The translations under genes and the position numbers were made by a program. Shown here in pieces: positions 1 through 8,866 of a stretch of DNA of 36,321 bases (position 1 is its first letter; the number at the start of each line of letters is the position of its first letter). This stretch comes from Verrucomicrobiota bacterium (GTDB lineage Bacteria; Verrucomicrobiota; Verrucomicrobiia; Limisphaerales; CANJXF01), in assembly GCA_038214755.1 (NCBI GenBank), contig JBBQRQ010000050.1:1-36321 (forward strand). Direction: 5' to 3'. The notes under the pieces were generated by a model. That model saw nothing but the letters and a program-made list of their open reading frames with translations, made no database searches and had not been told where the DNA came from.

Positions 1-852
1 TCCGTCATCGCCCTGCCGCACTCGCGGGATTTTCTCCTATTCTGCCGCAAAAATCGCATCCGCACTTTTCTGTTGAGCACCGTGCATCGCGACCATTATG
101 CCGTGCAAAAGGACGTGACGGGTTTCGGCGAATTCATCGACAAACCGTACGTGGAAATTTTAGACAAGCGCCTGAAGATTCGCGAAATCCTCGTAGAAAA
201 TAATCTCGTCGCGAACGAAACGATGTTCATCGGCGACATGCAACACGACATCGAAACGGCCAAACACGGCAACGTTTTTTCCTGCGCCGTTTTGACCGGT
301 TACAATCGTCTGGAACAATTGCGCGCCAGCGAACCGGATTTGATCGTCGAACATCTCGGCGAACTTCAGGAAATTCTCGCGCGCAACAATTTTGAAATCG
401 TCCATCGCACACACGGGCAGGAAGCCGCGCCGATTTCGCATCCGATTTGCACAGTGGGCGCGGCGATTTTCAACGACGCGAATCAAGTCTTAATGATTCG
501 CACACAAAAGTGGTCGAACCTTTGGGGAATTCCCGGTGGCAAAACGAAATACGGCGAAACCTCACTCGACGCGCTCCGTCGCGAAATCAAAGAAGAAACC
601 GACCTCGACATTTCCGACATTGAATTTGTTCTCGTGCAGGACTGCATCCATTCCAAAGAGTTTTATCGCGAGGCGCATTTTGTTTTGTTGAATTACACCT
701 GCCGCGTTGGCGGAAACTGCGAGGTGAAATTAAACGAGGAGGCGGAGGAGTTTCGGTGGGTGTCGGTCGAGGATGCGCTCGTCATGGAATTGAATCAGCC
801 AACGCGAATTTTGTTGGAAGAAGTTGAGCGCCGTAAAAATTTCGGGAAATAA
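1..852 (+). CDS. HAD-family hydrolase / NUDIX hydrolase fusion (5'-truncated by window edge)
   Basis: Frame is open from base 1. HAD motif IV 'FIGDMQHDIETA' is followed by the NUDIX box 'GGKTKYGETSLDALRREIKEETD'. Confidence 0.85.
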   Translation, partial: SVIALPHSRDFLLFCRKNRIRTFLLSTVHRDHYAVQKDVTGFGEFIDKPYVEILDKRLKIREILVENNLVANETMFIGDMQHDIETAKHGNVFSCAVLTGYNRLEQLRASEPDLIVEHLGELQEILARNNFEIVHRTHGQEAAPISHPICTVGAAIFNDANQVLMIRTQKWSNLWGIPGGKTKYGETSLDALRREIKEETDLDISDIEFVLVQDCIHSKEFYREAHFVLLNYTCRVGGNCEVKLNEEAEEFRWVSVEDALVMELNQPTRILLEEVERRKNFGK

Positions 853-988
853 TCTTTTCAAAAATAGTTTTTCGAAGCGGCGACTCTGAATGCGAACACA
901 TCGCAAATAATTTTTGGGCTTTCGATCCAACTTACGCGCACGATAATTTTTCGCTTTCATCCCAAGAGCGGCATCCACAGCCCGGCAG

Positions 989-1081
989 GTTTTGGACTGC
1001 GCCGGTCCTCCGGCGCTCTTGCAGGGGTTATGGTGCATCGAAAAGCGCCAGAGGACTGGCGCAGTCCAAGACGCTATCGCG
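989..1081. repeat. REP-like palindromic doublet (family A, copy 1)
   Basis: TTGGACTGCGCCGGTCCTCCGGCGCT ... AGCGCCAGAGGACTGGCGCAGTCCAA; related units at 21835-21935 and 31158-31262. Confidence 0.8.
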
Positions 1082-1160
1082 CCATAGCTGGCGTCTGGGT
1101 ATCGCGCATCCCTTTCTTCCACACTTGCCACAAATTCCGCGTTCACCTAATTTCGCGCGC

Positions 1161-2495
1161 ATGAACACAGCCATTCGCTTCAAACTTTTCCTGATGATGG
1201 TGTTGGAATTTTTCATCTGGGGCGCGTGGCTGCCGCTGATTTTTGGATACTTGCCCGGCATAGGTTTTACTCCCGCGCAAACCTCCTGGATTCTGAACGC
1301 ATTTCCCATTGCCGCTATTGTCGGGATGTTTTTCAGCAATCAATTTGCCGACCGAAATTTCGCGGCGGAAAAATTCCTCGCCTTCAGCCACCTCGTCGGC
1401 GGGCTGGCGATTTTGAGTCTCGCCTTCACTCGAGATTTTTGGCCGTTCTTTTCTTTGATGATGGTGCATTGCCTTCTGTATGTGCCGACGATTTCCATCA
1501 CCAATTCCATCGCTTTCGCCAATATGAAAGATGCGCAAAAAGAATTCGGCATCGTGCGCATGGGCGGAACAATCGGTTGGATTCTGGCGGCGTGGCCGTT
1601 TACTTTTATTTTGGTGGACTGGGACAAAGTGAAAGCGGCCAATCCGCAAGGCATCGTGAACTGGTTGGGGACGGTGCTTGGCTCCGGGTTGACTGGGACG
1701 CAACTTTTGACCGCGACCAAATGGACATTCGTCGTCGCGGGAATTGCTTCCCTTGTCCTCGCGATTTTCAGTCTCACGCTGCCGCACACTCCTCCGAAAA
1801 AGATCAAAGCCGGCGAAGACAAACTCGCCTGGCTGGAGGCAACCAAACTTTTGAAACACCCCTTCGTTTTGGTTCTGTGGATTGTGACGTTCGCCGATTC
1901 GTTTGTGCATAATTGTTATTTCAATTGGACGGGAGTTTTTCTCGGCACACCCGCTGCGCAAGGCGGCGTGGGAATTCCGGGCAATTGGATTATGCCGGCG
2001 ATGAGCATTGGGCAACTGGCGGAAATCCTGACGATGGCTATTCTCGGCGGCGTGCTCAAACGGCTCGGCTGGCGCACGACGATGACGGTGGGCATTCTGG
2101 GTCACGCGGCGCGTTTTGCCGTTTACGCATTTTTTCCACAACACGCTCCTCTCATTATCGGAGTGCAAGTGCTGCACGGCATTTGCTACGCATTCTTTTT
2201 TGCGACGGTTTATATTTTTGTGGACGAATTTTTTCCAAAAGATGTCCGGGCCAGCGCGCAAGGTTTGTTCAACGTGATGATCCTCGGCGTCGGCGCGTTG
2301 GTGGCGAATTCTGTTTGCCCTTATCTCATGCAAAAAGTTTTTACGCACAATGGGGTGACGGATTTCCGCGGATTATTTTTGGTGCCATGCGCCATTGCTT
2401 TCGCGGCGGCGGTTTGTCTCGCGCTGTTTTTTCGTCCGCCCGTGCGCAGTGAAGGATCGGCGATGCGCGACGCAACTGCGCCGGGCGCATCTTGA
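1161..2495 (+). CDS. MFS nucleoside:H+ symporter (NupG/XapB-like)
   Basis: Highly hydrophobic protein with 'LFLMMVLEFFIWGAW', 'ADRNF' and 'FGIVRMGGTIGWI'. ATG 1161 follows TTGCCA..TAATTT. Confidence 0.85.
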   Translation: MNTAIRFKLFLMMVLEFFIWGAWLPLIFGYLPGIGFTPAQTSWILNAFPIAAIVGMFFSNQFADRNFAAEKFLAFSHLVGGLAILSLAFTRDFWPFFSLMMVHCLLYVPTISITNSIAFANMKDAQKEFGIVRMGGTIGWILAAWPFTFILVDWDKVKAANPQGIVNWLGTVLGSGLTGTQLLTATKWTFVVAGIASLVLAIFSLTLPHTPPKKIKAGEDKLAWLEATKLLKHPFVLVLWIVTFADSFVHNCYFNWTGVFLGTPAAQGGVGIPGNWIMPAMSIGQLAEILTMAILGGVLKRLGWRTTMTVGILGHAARFAVYAFFPQHAPLIIGVQVLHGICYAFFFATVYIFVDEFFPKDVRASAQGLFNVMILGVGALVANSVCPYLMQKVFTHNGVTDFRGLFLVPCAIAFAAAVCLALFFRPPVRSEGSAMRDATAPGAS

Positions 2496-2641
2496 CACCA
2501 CCACCAAAGTAGTGGGGCAGACATCCTGTCTGCCATCGGGGCTTCCAGCCCCAGGATTCGCGGGCAAGATGCCCGCTCAGACAGGCTGGAAGCCTGCCCC
2601 ACTACATCTGATTGGATTGGTGGTGGTGTCAAGATGCGCCC
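2483..2641. mobile_element. MITE with ISKra4-type ends and an internal GTAG-REP doublet
   Basis: Perfect 25-bp TIR GGGCGCATCTTGACACCACCACCAA; 9-bp TSD AACTGCGCC at 2474-2482 and 2642-2650. Confidence 0.9.
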
Positions 2642-2752
2642 AACTGCGCCGGTTCTCTAGGTTTTCACTCGACAGGTCGGGAGGGTGGATTGGTGGATTG
2701 TTGGATTGGTGAATCGTGAATCGTTGACAATTAGGGAACGGACAAATGGTTT

Positions 2753-2821
2753 AACCACAGAGGCACAGAGGCACAGAGGAAAACGAATTGGGAAACTCTG
2801 TGTCTCTGTGCCTCTGTGGTT
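2753..2821. repeat. Inverted CACAGAGG tandem-repeat hairpin
   Basis: AACCACAGAGGCACAGAGGCACAGAG ... CTCTGTGTCTCTGTGCCTCTGTGGTT. Confidence 0.75.
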
Positions 2822-2840
2822 ATTTTCCAAACGGTAGCAG

Positions 2841-3177
2841 GTGCGCATCTCAAGAGCGTGTTGCCCCAATCGTAGGGCGGGCTTTCGAGCCTGCCGGTTA
2901 CGAAACTTTCCAGTTGCGAAAAAAATGATTTGAGGTTTTTCTCGCAGATTTCCGGGGACTAGAAAGTCCCCGGAACCGGCAGGCTGGAAAGCCTGCCCTA
3001 CACGCGATGGAAAAACATTTGGGCAACACATCCTCAATCTCCTGCAAAATAACGGAACGCCGATCTCCCGATCGGCTCGCGGAAAATGTGGAGCGTTCCA
3101 ATGCCGATCAGGAGATCGGCGTTCCGTTGCCACCTTTTTCCGAAGATTTGCAACCTGCAATTCAGTGAGATGCGCCC
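2841..3177. mobile_element. Degenerate composite MITE with nested repeat elements
   Basis: Ends GTGCGCATCTCA / TGAGATGCGCCC resemble the IS ends; flanks GGTAGCAG / CGTAGAAG match at 6 of 8. Contains element 2853-3034 and a REP doublet at 3051-3128. Confidence 0.55.
2853..3034. repeat. ~180-bp dispersed element containing a GTAG...CTAC REP doublet (copy 1)
   Basis: Terminal IR GTGTTGCCC / GGGCAACAC; highly similar to 28103-28270. Confidence 0.8.
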
Positions 3178-3239
3178 CGTAGAAGTACCGGATGTTCCTT
3201 GTTTGACCCAAGGATGTTTTGTGCTAAATCTCGGAGCTA

Positions 3240-6200
3240 ATGCCTAACAAACGGTTCGCGCTCTCAGCTTTGATTTTTGCTGCCTTGGGTCATTTTCTCT
3301 CAAAGCCAAGGCTGGTTTTCTCCCGAAAATTTCAGATCGTAGTTTTTTTCACGCTGATTTTTTCTTCGCTCGCTCCGGCGCAAGCGCAACAACCGGGGCA
3401 GTTTTGGCAGGCCGCAGGACAAATTGCGAAGAACCGACCGGCCAAAGATGCCTGGGTGCAACCGGAAAAATCTCACGCCTTCAATGTGGATCACGCGACA
3501 CTTCGATCCGCTCTGGCCAAAGCTCCCAAAGAATTTAGCAGGGAAGCGCGAACCGCCCCGGGAGAAATCCGATTGCCAATGCCGGATGGAACTTCGGCGC
3601 GTTTTCGAATCGTTGAATCTCCAATAATGGCGCCGAAGTTGGCCGCGAAATTTCCGGAAATAAAAACCTACTTGGGCCAGGGCATCGATGATCCTGCCGC
3701 CAGCGTGAGGTTCGATGTGACCCCAGAGGGTTTGCACGCGCAGGTTCTCTCGCCAAAAGGCGCCGTTTACATTGACCCCTTTTGGCGGGGCGACCGCGTT
3801 CTTCACACCAGTTATTACAAACGCGATTACCGAAAAGCGGTGGATGATTTTCAATGTCTCGTTCCTGCGGCCAATGCGCAGGGGAAAGGAGTTCCGGCAC
3901 AACAGGATTTGTTTCGCTCCGGCAGCAACTTGCGCACGTATCGTCTGGCCTGCGCCGCCACGGGTGAATACACGCAGTTTCAAGGAGGAACCGTCGCCGC
4001 TGGAATGTCGGCCATTGTCACAGCGATCAACCGCGTGACGGGAATCTATGAGGTGGAACTGGCCATGCGCCTCGTGCTGGTGGGAAATAATAATTTGATC
4101 GTTTACACCAGCGCGAGCAGCGATCCGTATTCCAACACGAGTCCTTCGAGCTTGCTTACGCAAAATCAATCCAACCTCGACAGCGTGATTGGCAACGCCA
4201 ATTACGATATTGGCCATGTGTTCAGCACCGGCGGTGGCGGGCTTGCTGCCGTTGATGCGGTCTGTGTGACTGGATCCAAGGCGCGGGGGGAGACCGGTTC
4301 TTCTTCTCCAACCGGCGACACATTTTACATCGATTTCGTGGTGCATGAGATGGGACACCAGTTCGGCGCGTTGCATACTTTCAATAGTGTGATCGGGAGT
4401 TGCAGCGGCGGGAATCGCGAAGCCGGGACCGCCTACGAACCGGGCGCCGGCACGACGATCATGGCGTATGCGGGCCTCTGTGGAGCCGATAATACTCAGC
4501 CTCACAGCGATGCTTATTTTCACTTCATTAGCTTCGATGAAATTATTGCTTATTCGACTGCGGGCGCGGGAAATGATTGCGCAGTTCTGACGGCAACGGG
4601 GAACAACGCGCCAACGGTCAACGCAGGGGCGAACTACACCATTCCTAAAAACACCCCGTTCATCTTGACGGCGAGCGGCAGTGATCCAGATGGAGATGCG
4701 TTGACTTATTGCTGGGAAGAAGGGGATTTGGGTCCGGCCCAGGCGTTGAGCAATCCTGATAACGGCAGCAGTCCGCTTTTTCGTTCCTTTAATCCCAGTT
4801 CCAGCCCCTCTCGCACGTTTCCCAAACTTTCGGCTCTTCTGAGCAACACCGCCAGCCTGGGCGAAAAACTTCCGGCCACCAATCGCGTCATGAGTTTTCG
4901 AGTGACCGCCCGCGACAATCGAGCGGGCGGAGGTGGCGTCAACACTTCCAACATGCAAGTGACCGTCAACGCCAGCGCCGGGCCATTCGTCATCACTGCT
5001 CCGAACACCGGAGTCAGTTGGTCCGGCGGGCAAACGGTGACATGGAATGTCGCCGGGACCGCTGCCGCTCCGATCAACGCCGCGAACGTAAATATTTTGC
5101 TCTCCACCAATGGCGGTACCACTTTCAACATTCTCCTCGCCACCAACACGTCCAATGACGGTTCTGAACAAGTGTTGCTCCCGAATATTTCGACCAGCCT
5201 TGCGCGGATAAAAGTCGAAGCGGCCGGAAATATTTTCTTTGACATTTCTGACGTAAATTTTTCCATCACGCCGTCTTCGGCCGTGCCTTTTGCCAGTTTG
5301 ATTTCCGCGACAGTGGCGTCGGAGAGTTGTGGCGCGGGAAATACTTTTATCGATCCGAACGAAACGGTGTCGTTGAACATTGAGCTAAAAAATATCGGTT
5401 CAGCCAACACCACCAATCTTGTTGCGACGCTACTCTCGACCAATGGCGTGGTTTGTCCCAGTGGTGCTCAAGTCTATGGCGCGCTCATCGCAGGAGGCGC
5501 AACGGTGACGAGGCCATTTTCATTTACGGCGAGCGGGATGTGCGGCGGAATTATTCGGATGGTCTTGCGCTTGCAGGATGGAGTTGCTGACTTGGGAACC
5601 GTTGACACTCAATTCGCGCTTGGAGGAATAACGATGGCCTCCACTGCGTTTACTAATTCAGGAAATATTTCCATCCCCCTCCGTGGAGTGGCTTCGCCGT
5701 ATCCGTCCTCCATTGCCGTCGCGGGTCTGTCTGGAACCATCACGAAGGCGACCGTCTCTTTGGTGAACTTGAACCACACCTTTCCGAATGACCTCGATAT
5801 TTTGCTGGTCGCGCCGAATAACCAAACCGTTTTTTTAATGGGACAAGCAGGAGGAAGCAACGCGCTGAACAACGTCAACCTTACCTTCGACAGCTTTGCC
5901 TCGACCGGGCTGCCGGATGCGTCCCCAATTTTATCGGGCACTTATGTGCCGAGCAATTATGGAGCTGGCAGTTCTTTGCCAGCGCCCGCGCCCGGCGCGC
6001 CCTATGGTTCCGCTTTGAGTAGTCTCAATGGAATGAACCCCAATGGCACCTGGTCCCTTTATGTCTATGACTCCGCCGACGGGGATGAAGGAAGTATTTC
6101 CGGCGGTTGGGCACTTACCTTGAACACGGTCGCGACAAATTGTTGCACCGGAAATAATCGTCCCGCGATCTCCTCCATCTCCAACCAGGTCACGGATGAA

Positions 6201-6959
6201 GACACCCCCACCGGCGCGATTTTTTTCACCGTGCGGGATAATGAAACACCGGCGACTTCTCTCGTTGTCACCGGCGCATCGTCCCACACAAACCTGGTTC
6301 CAAACGCCAATTTAATTTTCTCGGGAACCAGCACCAACCGGTCGGTCACGGTTGTCCCGGTGACAAATCAGTTTGGCAATAGCACCATCACGATTTCGGT
6401 GAGCGATGGAATAACAAAGGCGACTTCGTCTTTTTTGCTGACGGTCAATCCGGTGAATGACGCGCCGCTGCTGACCGCAATTTCAAACCGGATTGTTTAC
6501 GCGGGAAGCTCCGTCGCGTTTTCCAATTCCGCCAGTGATGTTGATTTGCCTGCGGATATTCTCCAATTCAGTTTCGATCTCTCGGCCAGTGGCGCGCAGT
6601 TAAATCCGACCAACGGAATTTTCAGTTGGCTGCCTGCGGCGGAACAGGCGGGCACAAATAACTTCACGATTCGTGTGACTGACAACGGCACTCCGCCTCT
6701 GGGCGACGCAAAGACATTTTTTATCATCGTGATTTCTCCGCCGAAAATTCAAAGCGTCACGCAGGCCAACGGCCAGGTTACGCTGACGTGGGACGCGATT
6801 GCGGGACGTTCCTACCGTGTGCAATACAAGGATGATCTCAATCAAAGCGCGTGGACCGATTTGACGGGTGATATCATCGCCGTCTCCAGCAGCGCGGCGA
6901 AAACGGATTCGAGCGGAATGGTCGCGCAAAGATTTTATCGCATCTTAGCTTTGCCTTAG
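3240..6959 (+). CDS. Secreted reprolysin-like (M12B) zinc metallopeptidase with P-domain, Ig/cadherin-like repeats and a C-terminal sorting-like domain
   Basis: Signal peptide; zinc motif HEMGHQFGALH; Met-turn 'TIMAYAG'; proprotein-convertase P-domain 'HTFPNDLDILL...GTWSLYVYD'; 'VNPVNDAP' repeat. Confidence 0.88.
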   Translation: MPNKRFALSALIFAALGHFLSKPRLVFSRKFQIVVFFTLIFSSLAPAQAQQPGQFWQAAGQIAKNRPAKDAWVQPEKSHAFNVDHATLRSALAKAPKEFSREARTAPGEIRLPMPDGTSARFRIVESPIMAPKLAAKFPEIKTYLGQGIDDPAASVRFDVTPEGLHAQVLSPKGAVYIDPFWRGDRVLHTSYYKRDYRKAVDDFQCLVPAANAQGKGVPAQQDLFRSGSNLRTYRLACAATGEYTQFQGGTVAAGMSAIVTAINRVTGIYEVELAMRLVLVGNNNLIVYTSASSDPYSNTSPSSLLTQNQSNLDSVIGNANYDIGHVFSTGGGGLAAVDAVCVTGSKARGETGSSSPTGDTFYIDFVVHEMGHQFGALHTFNSVIGSCSGGNREAGTAYEPGAGTTIMAYAGLCGADNTQPHSDAYFHFISFDEIIAYSTAGAGNDCAVLTATGNNAPTVNAGANYTIPKNTPFILTASGSDPDGDALTYCWEEGDLGPAQALSNPDNGSSPLFRSFNPSSSPSRTFPKLSALLSNTASLGEKLPATNRVMSFRVTARDNRAGGGGVNTSNMQVTVNASAGPFVITAPNTGVSWSGGQTVTWNVAGTAAAPINAANVNILLSTNGGTTFNILLATNTSNDGSEQVLLPNISTSLARIKVEAAGNIFFDISDVNFSITPSSAVPFASLISATVASESCGAGNTFIDPNETVSLNIELKNIGSANTTNLVATLLSTNGVVCPSGAQVYGALIAGGATVTRPFSFTASGMCGGIIRMVLRLQDGVADLGTVDTQFALGGITMASTAFTNSGNISIPLRGVASPYPSSIAVAGLSGTITKATVSLVNLNHTFPNDLDILLVAPNNQTVFLMGQAGGSNALNNVNLTFDSFASTGLPDASPILSGTYVPSNYGAGSSLPAPAPGAPYGSALSSLNGMNPNGTWSLYVYDSADGDEGSISGGWALTLNTVATNCCTGNNRPAISSISNQVTDEDTPTGAIFFTVRDNETPATSLVVTGASSHTNLVPNANLIFSGTSTNRSVTVVPVTNQFGNSTITISVSDGITKATSSFLLTVNPVNDAPLLTAISNRIVYAGSSVAFSNSASDVDLPADILQFSFDLSASGAQLNPTNGIFSWLPAAEQAGTNNFTIRVTDNGTPPLGDAKTFFIIVISPPKIQSVTQANGQVTLTWDAIAGRSYRVQYKDDLNQSAWTDLTGDIIAVSSSAAKTDSSGMVAQRFYRILALP

Positions 6960-6975
6960 CCTTCGCCAATTTTTT

Positions 6976-7332
6976 GTGGGAAAAATTATCATCAAAGATC
7001 TGGAAGTTTTTTATCGCGTCGGAGTTCCTGACGAAGAGCGCGCTCACCATCAACGCTTACTCCTCACCGTCCAAATGGAACACGATTTTTCCAAGGCGGA
7101 ACAAACGGACGACATCAACGGCACCATCAATTATTTTGCGGTTGCTCAAATGCTTTTGAAATTTGGCGAGGGACGAAGTTGGAAATTAATTGAGAAACTC
7201 GCGAACGATATTGCCATTTGCGTTATCGACGATTTTCACGCGAGCGCCGTGGTGGTGGAAGTTAAAAAGTTTATCGTCCCGCAAGCGCAATACGTCGCGG
7301 TGGAAATACAGCGGCGTAGCGCAGGTTTTTAA
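6976..7332 (+). CDS. folB: Dihydroneopterin aldolase
   Basis: 'IIIKDLEVFYRVGVPDEER...Q', 'DDINGTINY', 'KLIEKLA', 'VEVKK'. Confidence 0.9.
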   Translation: MGKIIIKDLEVFYRVGVPDEERAHHQRLLLTVQMEHDFSKAEQTDDINGTINYFAVAQMLLKFGEGRSWKLIEKLANDIAICVIDDFHASAVVVEVKKFIVPQAQYVAVEIQRRSAGF

Positions 7333-7423
7333 CCTGCCGTATCGCAGGTTTGCAACCTGCTGAACATCGCGACGCCCTGCCGGTGGCAAACCGGCGATAC
7401 AGCAGCTTGCAAAGCTGCGCTAC
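7316..7423. repeat. GTAG...CTAC REP doublet overlapping the folB 3' end
   Basis: GTAGCGCAGG ... GCTGCGCTAC with internal hairpins; lies between convergent genes. Confidence 0.75.
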
Positions 7424-7426
7424 GAT

Positions 7427-8458
7427 TCATCCGTGAACGTCGATCAACGTTTTGACCGCGCGATTTCCCGCCGCCATGGATTGAAATAATTTTGGCAACT
7501 GGCTCAGAGCGCATTCGCCATCCACAAAATCCTCCGAGCGGATCACGCCCGACTCGATCAATTCCAGAGCGCGCCGGATGGTTCGCGGGGTGTGATGAAA
7601 ACTCGCAAGCAACGTGAGGTTCGAATAATGAATGAGCGAGGTGTCGAACGAGACGGTGGTGCCCGCCGGACAACCGCCAAAAAAATTCACCGCTCCGCCT
7701 TTCCGCACGGCGTTCACCGCCGCCTCCCACGTCTCCGGTTTTCCCACGGCTTCGATTACAATATCAAAAGTGTCGCTGCTCGATTTTTTAAGAGCCGCGC
7801 CCAAATCGGTTTCCTCCGACACATCCATGACCTGAGTTGCGCCGATTTTTTTCGCCAACGTCAAACGCGATTCTCCTCGACCTGCGACTGTTACGTTGCA
7901 TCCGATATTTTTCGCGAGCGCCACAAACATCAGACCGATCGGCCCGGAACCGATCACCAAAATGTTTTGTCCGCGGCGCAATTTCGTATCGGCGACTCCT
8001 TGCGCGACGCACGCCAGCGCCTCCGTCAAAGCGGCGTCGCGAAAAGTCGTTTCCGGTTTCAATCGCAACAAATTTTTTTCCACCAACCTCGAAGGGACGA
8101 CAATGGAGTCCGCGTAAGCGCCATTGAGAAAGAGCAAATCGTCGCAAAGATTTTCCTGGTCATTCTTGCAGAAAAAACAATTGCCGCACGGCGCGGAGTT
8201 GGCCACCACCACCCGTTCTCCAACTTTCCAATCGGAAATATCCGGCGCTACTTCCGCAATTTTGCCGGCGAGTTCGTGGCCAAAAACGGCGGGGGGCACA
8301 ATCATTTTGGCGTGATAACCTCGCTTGAAAACTTTCAAGTCGGTTCCGCAAGTCAGCGCGGCTTCGATGGCGATCCGCACTTCGCCAGTTCGCAATTCCG
8401 CCGGCTCGATATTTTCCACTCGCACATCTTCCTTCCCGTAAAGAATGGCTGCTCTCAT
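7427..8458 (-). CDS. Zinc-dependent alcohol/polyol dehydrogenase (MDR family)
   Basis: 'LTCGTDLK', 'GHE', structural Zn motif 'CGNCFFC...C', Rossmann 'GSGPIG'. Confidence 0.9.
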   Translation of the reverse strand: MRAAILYGKEDVRVENIEPAELRTGEVRIAIEAALTCGTDLKVFKRGYHAKMIVPPAVFGHELAGKIAEVAPDISDWKVGERVVVANSAPCGNCFFCKNDQENLCDDLLFLNGAYADSIVVPSRLVEKNLLRLKPETTFRDAALTEALACVAQGVADTKLRRGQNILVIGSGPIGLMFVALAKNIGCNVTVAGRGESRLTLAKKIGATQVMDVSEETDLGAALKKSSSDTFDIVIEAVGKPETWEAAVNAVRKGGAVNFFGGCPAGTTVSFDTSLIHYSNLTLLASFHHTPRTIRRALELIESGVIRSEDFVDGECALSQLPKLFQSMAAGNRAVKTLIDVHG

Positions 8459-8527
8459 TTTCGTAACGAAAGTAAGCGGCAACGTTGTGCGAGACAAAGA
8501 CGAAACTTGCTATTGCCCAAACTAACC

Positions 8528-8765
8528 GGAGCGCGGACAGCCTTGTCCGCGCATTTACAAAGACGGACAAAGACGCGGGCGTTTTCACCACTTCGGGTTG
8601 CCGCGGACACGGCTGTCCGCGCTCCATTTCCATCTGGGAACACGCCGTCAATGGCGCAGGGAGCGCGGCGTTCACGCCGCTTCAACGCCCGCACGTCAGA
8701 AAACTGCGGAAATTGATTGAGATTCTCTGCGCTCGTGAGTTGAAGCGGCGTGAACGCCGCGCTCC
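8528..8765. repeat. Two GGAG...CTCC REP-like doublets
   Basis: GGAGCGCGGACAGCC..GGCTGTCCGCGCTCC (8528-8625) and GGAGCGCGGCGTTCACGCCGCTTCAAC..GTTGAAGCGGCGTGAACGCCGCGCTCC (8660-8765). Confidence 0.8.
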
Positions 8766-8866
8766 GGCTGTTCGCCGTTGCGCACGACTTTTCTTCCACC
8801 GGGATTTTTCAGAGTTGACCGAGCCTATTCCTGCTTGGATGCTCGCGTTCCTGAATCAAACCATTT

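Noticed and set aside
3300..5171. Long antisense ORFs (also 1143-2348, 11830-13086, 19652-20806, 31505-32563)
   Set aside because: Antisense shadows of well-supported genes in GC-rich DNA, with no recognisable motifs.
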